Below are positions 50,606 through 64,000 of a stretch of 64,000 nucleotides of DNA, piece after piece. The first letter of the stretch is position 1, and each line of letters begins with the position of its first letter. The notes beneath the pieces are model-generated. The model saw only the letters and a program-made list of their open reading frames with translations. It made no database searches and was not told where the DNA came from. The stretch spans positions 855,536 through 919,535 of the forward strand of contig NW_018407840.1 in NCBI RefSeq assembly GCF_002113885.1. The letters are read 5' to 3'. Made by a program: the position numbers and the translations under genes. The stretch comes from Mizuhopecten yessoensis. Its lineage: Eukaryota.

Positions 50606-51152
50606 ACAATGCAGTGTAACCCATCCAAAGTGAATCTTGAAACTAGTATAAATCAAGATCCGTTCAAACTTTGTATATTTGTACTCTTTTCATTCAAGGG
50701 AATTTGTTTTCCAAAAAATATACAGTTTTGATTCAATTAATAACTGAAACTGAAATTTAACCTTATGGCTAAGACCTTTATCTGACACCCAGGGGCTGGC
50801 CTAGGTCCCACATTGGTATAGAACCTGTGTAATCCAGTAACAGTATTGACAGCTTTCTCCTAACTTACCTTTTATTTCCCATTTGACCTTTAATATATTC
50901 GATCTCTCTGTTAACTATTTATTTCATGTGTCAACTTGAAGTATTTTCTCATTAACATTAGATAACACTCGCCAATGAACTAGAGGAAACAAAATGAACA
51001 ACTTTTCCCCTATTTCAATAAGCGAATCAAAAATTTCAAAACTGCAGACTTAAAATTGGCCGCTTTATTATGTGATTGAACACGAGTACGATGTGTAGCC
51101 TTGTTGAGTACATGAGGTGAGTATGACTTGCAGTGTATTTCCCGTTTCTGTC

Positions 51153-54100
51153 TTAGTACTTTCCCAGCTGCTCTATCTCTTCCAAGAAAAAATCACATCT
51201 CTGAAAAATAAAATTATACAATTAAATCATGCAATTAAATTTTCTCAGAGAAAATCTACAAAAATAGTGCAGCTAATATTTGTGCACTCATTCTCAACAA
51301 GTCAAAAGCAAATTAAACAAATATCCTGCAAATATTTATATTGACACACTCAAACATAGATTTAATTTACATACTTTTATAAATGAATTATTCCTGCATT
51401 TTGGAGTAAAACAAGGAGTCTTTAATATCATCATGACAGATTCGTTTTCATCAAAAAAGCCCAGAGGAAAAGTTGATATTTTCAAAATGGTAGCCAATCC
51501 AAATTCATTTTCACAGTTTCTGAGCTTCTTCTGGTAGTTGGACTGAGAGAAAACCCTTGGGTGGAATATCCCCACATTTCACTTGCCTGAAGCCACAATA
51601 GCACAACTTCTTATATAACTCTGAGGAATAGAATGAGAGCTAGGAAACCGAGCATCCCAGCGTAAGGTCACTGCTGGTCAGGTCAGCTTTTAAATTTATC
51701 AGCCTAGCTAATTACTGGTTTTGGTAGCTCAGTGGAGCCAGGTTTTGCCTAGTCCGAATTATTCTGACGTTTTATCAACCTTTTTTTTATCGGTCTGTCG
51801 TCGATTAACCCATGACAGACCGATATAAAAAAAGTCGATAAAACGTCAGAATAATTCGGACTAGGTTTTGCCCTGCAGCATGAAAATTATCTCGAGTTTG
51901 GGGCTACTAAAGGGGTATGGAAATCTTTTATAATGATGGTCAGATCAATGTCCAGAGATTTCCATATCGAAACGGGAGAAACAGGAGATGGCTGTTTTGA
52001 TACTTCAAACTGGGAGACTCAATGATATCGGGAGACATTACATGTATGTAAAAAACATGTGTATTGTAATAATACTGTACTTTTCTTTCTGGTAAACATG
52101 GTCCCAGGAATTCCATCATCAAAGGATCTTCCTCGATCCCCTTCTTGTAGTCCTCAAACGATACTCTACCATCGTGATCGTCATCCTGCATAGAACGAGG
52201 GAGAAAAATAAAAGTTGGGGACTAAGTGGGACTGCACTGATGGTCAACTGTCACTCACTTACATCTAAACCACTGTAGAAAAAAGCTACATCATACTGAA
52301 TAATTTAAAAAAGCATAATTATATTTTGGTTTATAATTAAATGTACTCAGCAATTTATCAAACAGGTATTTTGAAAATGGAAGTCAACAGTACATTTCCA
52401 AGCAATGTTATTTGGGGGAAGCAAGCTTTTTACTAAATCCTTTTCCTCATATTTTTGAAATAAGATCTATTTGGTGTATTTCTTGTGTAAAATATATAAG
52501 GTCTGTTTTAAATTTGTGTCAAGATTTTTGGATTAGCCCCATATTTCTAAGCCAGTACAAGATAGAGAAATGCCTTAATAATTTATATCCATCTGCTATG
52601 TATCAGTCTTACCATTTTCTTGAGAGTAATTTCTACTAATTCTTTAATACTTTCATCTTGGTCTTCATCTGTAGATGTCTGTACAAAAAAATTACAAAAA
52701 CTGAATTTTATTTACTGTACTATTTATTTATCTGATTTAACATGTAATTTGGCTTTAAATTACCACTTTTTCTTTATCTGTTTATTGGTGCAAGTATTTT
52801 CCAAAATATTTCCAAAAATCCCTGAAAATTTACTATAAATGGTCTGGACCAAGGACTGGTTTTAGAATGTTCCCATTCATTGTGCACACCCCTTTCTTGA
52901 TATTATAATTTTTCTCTCTCTAAGAGTGCACTATAGTAAGCGAATACACATGGCATGCATTTATCATGAAAAAAGGAATGAAGAAAAATATTGATTAACA
53001 TATTAAAATGCACAGCCATTTCATATTATCCATTATTAAAATTTCAATAGTGAGTAGTTAAATTAATTTTGAGGACATTTTTTCTCTCTCCAAAAATGTG
53101 TTCCAAAGGCCTAATAGTAGCGCTTTGAAAATCCAGCCATCTTTGTTCCCAGAAAATGACATTGTGTGTATAAACACCAACAATTTTGCCCGCAATGTTA
53201 TAATGTCAACATATTGTATTGTGTTTTGGATGAGAAACAGCACACGACTGACACAGTACTGTTAATCAGATATCAATATTTCACACTGCTGTTCCGACTT
53301 TCCATTAACACCGGGTCAGTTTCAATAAGATATGTTTTTTGGACAATTGTGTGAGGTGAGTTAAATCTGCCATGAGGCCAAGGTCCTACTCTTGACTATA
53401 TAATACTGTATCATGCCTCACTAGCAAGCTAGCTTTTCCAGCAATGCAGTATAACCCAGGGATGCGCTCGCTAGTTCAACAACGTCAAATAAACGGAGAA
53501 AAAAACAAAGAAACGGATAACAGTAAAATTTAAGAACGCAACATAAAACTATAACAAGAACTACAATAACAGAAAACCTGCAATCATAAAACACTGCTCT
53601 AATAAAACATGCGACACTAAGTAATAATTACCAAAAGAAGACAAACACATTTGCACTATATATATGTACCAGCACTACGATAATGAATTAAGCTGCAATC
53701 ACACAAGCACTTACTAAGTAAAACAGTAAAACTAGCATGCAGACCCGTTGATAATTAGCACGAAAAGCTAAAGCAGCTATAAAATATTGATCTATTTATA
53801 AGCTTACTATAAATGGACAGCAATGCAAAAATCTATATTAATCCTAAGTGGTGAACATTAACCTAGCCCCTTATGATATCCAATGTCGTTGTAAACCAAC
53901 TTTTTGTTTTGTTTAGGTATGGTATCTAGTGTTTCCTGTAACCAACTTTGTTTAATTTTTTAGAATTGTCTAATAACAATAACCCGGCCCCTAATATATA
54001 TAGAGTGCTTTCGGAAACTGACCATAACTTTTTCATTTAGAATTGTCTAAGTATGGTAGTATCAAGTGTTTTCGGGAACTGACTTAACCATCCTACCGCT

Positions 54101-55517
54101 TTTTAGATGGGAACGAATACGGCTGGATAATACTAGCTTGACTACATAAAATATTCATAAAATGACAAACAGAGAGGAGCTCCTAAAGGCAATACAGACC
54201 CTGCTGAGTGACGTCTTAAGAAGTTGGAACATTTCTTCTCGTGATATGTAGCCGTCCCCATTGAGATCGTAGGCACAGAAACAAACTGGTAGTAGACAAA
54301 GAACAAGCATACGGACACGAATAAGTAAAGCACTGCCGGTCACACAGCAAAGCTCTTAATTAACAGATATTTCAGTGGGTAAATCGCACCAAAGTCAATA
54401 ATTAACTGGAAAAAAAATAAGGTCAGTTAAGAAGCCATTAAAAACATTCTAGAAAGTGAGTTGCACATTCATTCCCTCACAAAATAAGGGTCAATCACAT
54501 AATATAACCCTTAAAAGATATTCTTGTGGTCAGCCAAAACAGATTTATGGAATTTCAGTGCCAATTGAGAGCTATCATAAATTTGATTATGTACTTTTTA
54601 ATTGTACATATGTATGTTTTTAGTACTGTAAAATTGTCCATAATCTATCAGACAACATCAGAAGAAACATCAGTGGTCCATAGGACCTGTATCACACGTT
54701 TCTTGTGTGAATTGAATCTAAACCCAAAGGGAAGCTTTACTCTTACTGTATGCTTGAAATCAAATTTAGTTGAGATCTGTATACATGTATGTGTATTTGA
54801 TTATCGGGTGAAGCCTGAACCCTTTCTAAGTTATGACTGAAGGACTAAGTCAACTTGGGGAGGTCCAGACCTTAGAGCCAAAACAAGTAGTATCTGTGTA
54901 TTCTACTAGTTATTGCATATATATATATATATATATATGCATGTAAATGATTAAAGGGTGGGAATTTCAATCATTTCCAAATTATGACTCCAGTACTAAG
55001 TTGTCCCCCAGGGACAGGAACCAACCCTGAGGCCAATCACGGCTTTATACCCAGCAAAACCATGGAGTACCCAGGGATAGGGCAAGACCCTGGACCAATC
55101 TTGGTAGTATGGTTATACTCATCTCTTCTTACCAATACCACTGTGTGTATGTAGTTTTAAGGATATCAATGTTTTTATGAGGTAGAGTGGTACATTGTAC
55201 ATTCCCCTCCAGCCCCGGAAATCACATTATTATGCATAAATTAATACAACTTAGACAAAATTTTGTTAAAATCTCTACATATGTACAGAAGGAATGGTAT
55301 TATAAGACCCTGGCCCTCTGCCTCTAGGGTTAAATTGCCTGAGTGATTTATGCCCACCTAGCTAACTACCAAGCTATTTTGTTATCTAGCAGATAATGCC
55401 CCCTATGGGACCACACCCTCTATTTATATAACTTTGAGTCCCCTTGGCCCAATGATCCTCTAGACCAAATCTGGATTAAATCCCTTGATGACACTGAAGG
55501 TATATAAATATACGTTG

Positions 55518-55548
<31 letters not shown>

Positions 55549-58437
55549 TTGAAGGGTAAAAAGAACATATAATAATTGCTTTGTATGGCTTATTTGTTTG
55601 GCTGACAGTGAAATGATATTTGTTGGATGTATCAAAATTAATTTTCATCTCTATCTTAAAATTGTATCATTCCTTTCTAAGGTATGAATTCGCACTTTCT
55701 ACACACACAAGCAAAATTACATAAAGCAAACAACATGTTTAACATAAGTCACAACATAGAAAAAAAACAAAAATAAGCAATACATTTATTATGTCATTTC
55801 AAAACTTAGTATCATTAATGAAAGGAAAACTTCTACCTAAATTAAATACAAAAATGGACAACACTTGAAAGCAAATTTAAATGCAATGTATCATGTGAAA
55901 ACCCCCATTACTTTTAAACATGTAAACATCCAGTTATGTTGTCATACATTAATGTCACCAAAATCGTTTTACCTCATTCACCCCTGAAGACACATTTAAA
56001 TTTCTCCAATTCAAAAGTTGAAATAGTTCATTATGAAATTTCAGGGGCGAATGAGTTAAAAATGAAAAAGATTTGATTGCTTTGGATATCAGTTTTTTTA
56101 ACCAAATATGTACAATAAAATGAAAATGTATCTGTATTTATATAGATAGGTCTTTTCGATGAGAAAAACTTTGGTGATATTAATTCAGCTTGCAGTGTTA
56201 CAATATTAAGACATTTGTTCTAACATCTCACAAAACCTACAAAGAATTTTCCCTGTCCTTTTTTTGACTTTCACTCTTCTTCAATTGTGTAAAAATTGAC
56301 ATAACATCAGCTGATCCCAAAAACGAATCTAGTTTATTTTACATTCAGAATAAAGGATTTTTTTTCAGGTCTAGACATTCAAACAAAATTAAGGAAATGA
56401 AATTGTTTTTCCATTATTTTTTGGATTTATTTAAACCTGTTTCAGTACAATTTATTGAACTTAAAAAAGACTGAATGTTTTATTTTTGTATCAGAACCAC
56501 AGACTACAAAAAATAAATATGATTACAACCAAGCCAGAAATATATATATTGCAGTAAGCTTTGAGGTTTTGCCTCGATGTTAGAACCAGTTATAAATTGT
56601 GACAAAGTTTCTGTATTTGTTACAGCACAAAAAGCTACAGATTCAATGCCCACCTCAGTGAGCTCACTTTTGGCTTCTCCATACACTTACACTTGATTCG
56701 TTCCTCCTTTAGGCCCCTCAGGAACACAGACATTCCGTTGATCCACTCCTCAACATTTATATAGTTATCACTGTCTTTATCAAAAGCCCGGAACACTGAA
56801 AATAAAATTGACGTACAGCCTTTATTTATTGATTTTACATTAGATGTCGATCATTGGCATGCATACCTTTTCTGAAAGGATTTTTTTTCATACAATGTAG
56901 ATTTACTTCACTGCCATCCTCACTAACAATACCAAAACAGTGTTTGTTTTGCCTTTTGTTTTTTAGTCAAAACTTTACAACAAGATCCATTCGAAACTTT
57001 TCCATTTATTGAGAAAAATCAAATGTTCTTGTATCAGTTTTTATAATAGAAAGTAATATTTGTTCTGCAAAGAAACAAACATCAAAGCTTTTGCAGATGA
57101 TTGCCAGGAATATTGTTTTTTTCTTAAAAATATTTGTATAATTCCTGCTATGAAACTTAGGAGGCCATTATGATTTTATTTTCCATAAAGGGATTTTTTT
57201 AGAATATTACATTGATGTTATTCTGAACCCAACAAGGCTGAAGTACAAATTCTTGAAAAGTAATTATTTAAATTTGTGTTATATGTAGTAGATTTTTGTG
57301 TCCTTTTATAAATCTGATGACAATTTTGTTTACCTCTATCAAGAAGAACATCATCTGTCATACTGAAGTAATTGTAGAGAATATCCCTGAACATGCCCCT
57401 CTCCATCCTTGCAACATGGTTCTTGTCCATCAATGTCCGACCACCATGAAGATCACTAAATTTGTATATCAATTTTTCTATCTGTTGTCTGTTAACTAGA
57501 ACATAAAAATATATCTGCAAGGTAATTATATATAATACTTATCTCAATAATAACAGTGATGTGAATTTTCTGAGGATGTTTAATTTGAAAGAAACACACC
57601 AGTCACATTCCGATATATATAGGTTCACCATGACCCCATACTTCTATAACACTGGTCGGCCTTTTTTCTATCGGATATGATTTTGCCGACTGTGACGCGG
57701 AGCCTGTCAAAAGTATCTCGCCCATGTAAACCTCTAACATTGTTTGTGTACAAGATTAGACCCTCATACGATACAGCCACAAAAATTTGGCCTTATAATA
57801 AGTATATCATGCTTGGCAATAAAATACCCCGAAATATGGGATACATAAATAAACTAAATATAAGGTGTCATTTCTTAGCATTCAGTAAGATCACAAAAGG
57901 GATTGACATGTGTCCTAACGTCATCAGAAAAATATTGCATTCGTTCATGTGATGTATACATATACTCTGAAAGCAAAACTGAAGTTCAAGCTAAATTCAT
58001 TAATTAATTAACAACAAAGCTATTTCTTTCAATATCGCTGTTTGAATTTGGGTCGTAATTTTTCAGGGTGCTTGTCAACCTGTTACATCCTTCTTTAAAA
58101 CTTTAACTTACTTAACAGTTCCAAGTTCTGCACCATCAGGACATGCTCTATTTTCAATATTTCATATTTTAAAACTGACATTCATCACAAGCAGTGCATG
58201 GTATAAATATTAGATCCTGTAATTTATTATGTTTATTTATGACTAAGCTTACATGTACACACCCCATCACACACAGGTCAGGCCTGTTACAGAACAAAAT
58301 GCAGGCAGATGGTTTTCTTAGCAATGCAATTTTGTTGAAATCGAGTAACAAATTTTGTCATTATACATACAGTGAATATCCTTTTTCTTTGAGAGTTTCT
58401 CAACTAGTTTCTGCAATTCTTTCCTCTTTGAAGTCAT
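51153..58437 (-). CDS. EFCAB1: Calaxin / EF-hand calcium-binding domain-containing protein 1, 7 exons, ~212 aa
   Basis: Minus-strand exons 58437-58371, 57495-57334, 56795-56691, 54285-54200, 52678-52613, 52185-52081, 51200-51153 (639 nt, phases consistent). [15 protein letters not shown]...[29 protein letters not shown]...[16 protein letters not shown]...[32 protein letters not shown]...FLGPCLP has three EF-hand loops and is colinear with vertebrate EFCAB1 (CLXN) as recalled. Confidence 0.95.
51750..51863. mobile_element. 114-bp foldback MITE with 9-bp target-site duplication
   Basis: TAGTCCGAATTATTCTGACGTTTTATC...GATAAAACGTCAGAATAATTCGGACTA, flanked by GGTTTTGCC on both sides (51741-51749, 51864-51872). 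Confidence 0.85.
55969..56059. mobile_element. TTAA-flanked MITE copy
   Basis: CTCATTCACCCCTG...CAGGGGCGAATGAGTTAA. Confidence 0.7.
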
Positions 58438-58733
58438 TTTTGGCACACTTCTTCACACGATAGCCTCAAATTCAGCACTTTTAGGGCTACTTTGCGTTTT
58501 GTTGTCAAGCAGCCTGCTCATGCGCAATTCGATCGAAAAAAATCTCCGCATACTGAAATATTGTAGGATGTGTTAATGCTTCGCCAAACAATTATACATA
58601 AGAACCACATAATGACAAAAATATATTAAGTAGTATTTGCAACACCTTGTAATTTAATGATATAAAATATTTTTTAATAATAACCAATCAAAACGAAGTG
58701 TTATTTATACTTCCGTCTCTAAAATTAGAAAGC
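58438..58733. promoter_or_regulatory. Bidirectional promoter shared by EFCAB1 and NMT
   Basis: Divergent ATGs 296 bp apart. X-box-like GTTGTCAAGCAGC 58501-58513, NRF1-like TGCTCATGCGCA 58515-58526, CCAAT 58684-58688, ETS-like ACTTCCG 58709-58715, YY1-like CATGGCGG at the NMT start. Confidence 0.75.
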
Positions 58734-63727
<4,994 letters not shown>

Positions 63728-64000
63728 CCNNNNNNNNNNNCCCCACCCCCCACACACACACACACACACACTCCCCATATTTGTAGTAGTCCAGTTAAAC
63801 TATTGCTTTTAATCTTATTTTACTATTCAAAGATTAAACTAAAAACTTAAGTAAAATCCATTAATAATTTTTGAACTACAGAAGATATTTGATAAGTATA
63901 TAGCTATCACCTCTTTACTTTTTCTCTGATGAGCTGCGAACAGCCTACATGATATCCTAAAAATTTGATTTGAAAATAGGCCTTGGATTACTTACATTGA

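Noticed and set aside
55518-55548. Poly-G tract / poly-Pro ORFs / G-quadruplex
   Set aside because: Simple intronic homopolymer of uncertain assembled length; no evidence of function.
63925-63945. Hammerhead-like CTGATGAG
   Set aside because: No GAAA with a closing stem II or flanking helices.

Overview
AT-rich, intron-rich animal genomic DNA. A bivalve mollusc is inferred from the repeat families and gene content; this is not prokaryotic and has no CRISPR array or rRNA. Five spliced protein-coding genes were rebuilt by hand from GT-AG boundaries and exon phases. (1) HSD17B7 3-ketosteroid reductase (+, 2591-15681). (2) A predicted secreted protein with the unusual architecture signal peptide - 2x Ly6/uPAR three-finger - TSP1 - fibrinogen C domain (+, ~19617-32197); its start codon appears to be split by an intron. 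(3) A ZU5/UPA-like + death-fold-like protein (+, 36793-41516) with a +1 frameshift, an HFC variant of the HFS autoproteolysis motif and an upstream kB site. (4) EFCAB1/calaxin (-, 51153-58437), head-to-head across ~300 bp with (5) N-myristoyltransferase NMT (+, from 58734, running off the window). Introns and intergenic DNA hold Helentron-type (HINE) elements with internal satellite arrays, several MITE families, tRNA-derived SINEs, minisatellites and hairpins. The most interesting candidate is the two-gene putative immune module (genes 2 and 3) between housekeeping genes. Family assignments come from recognised motifs, not database searches.
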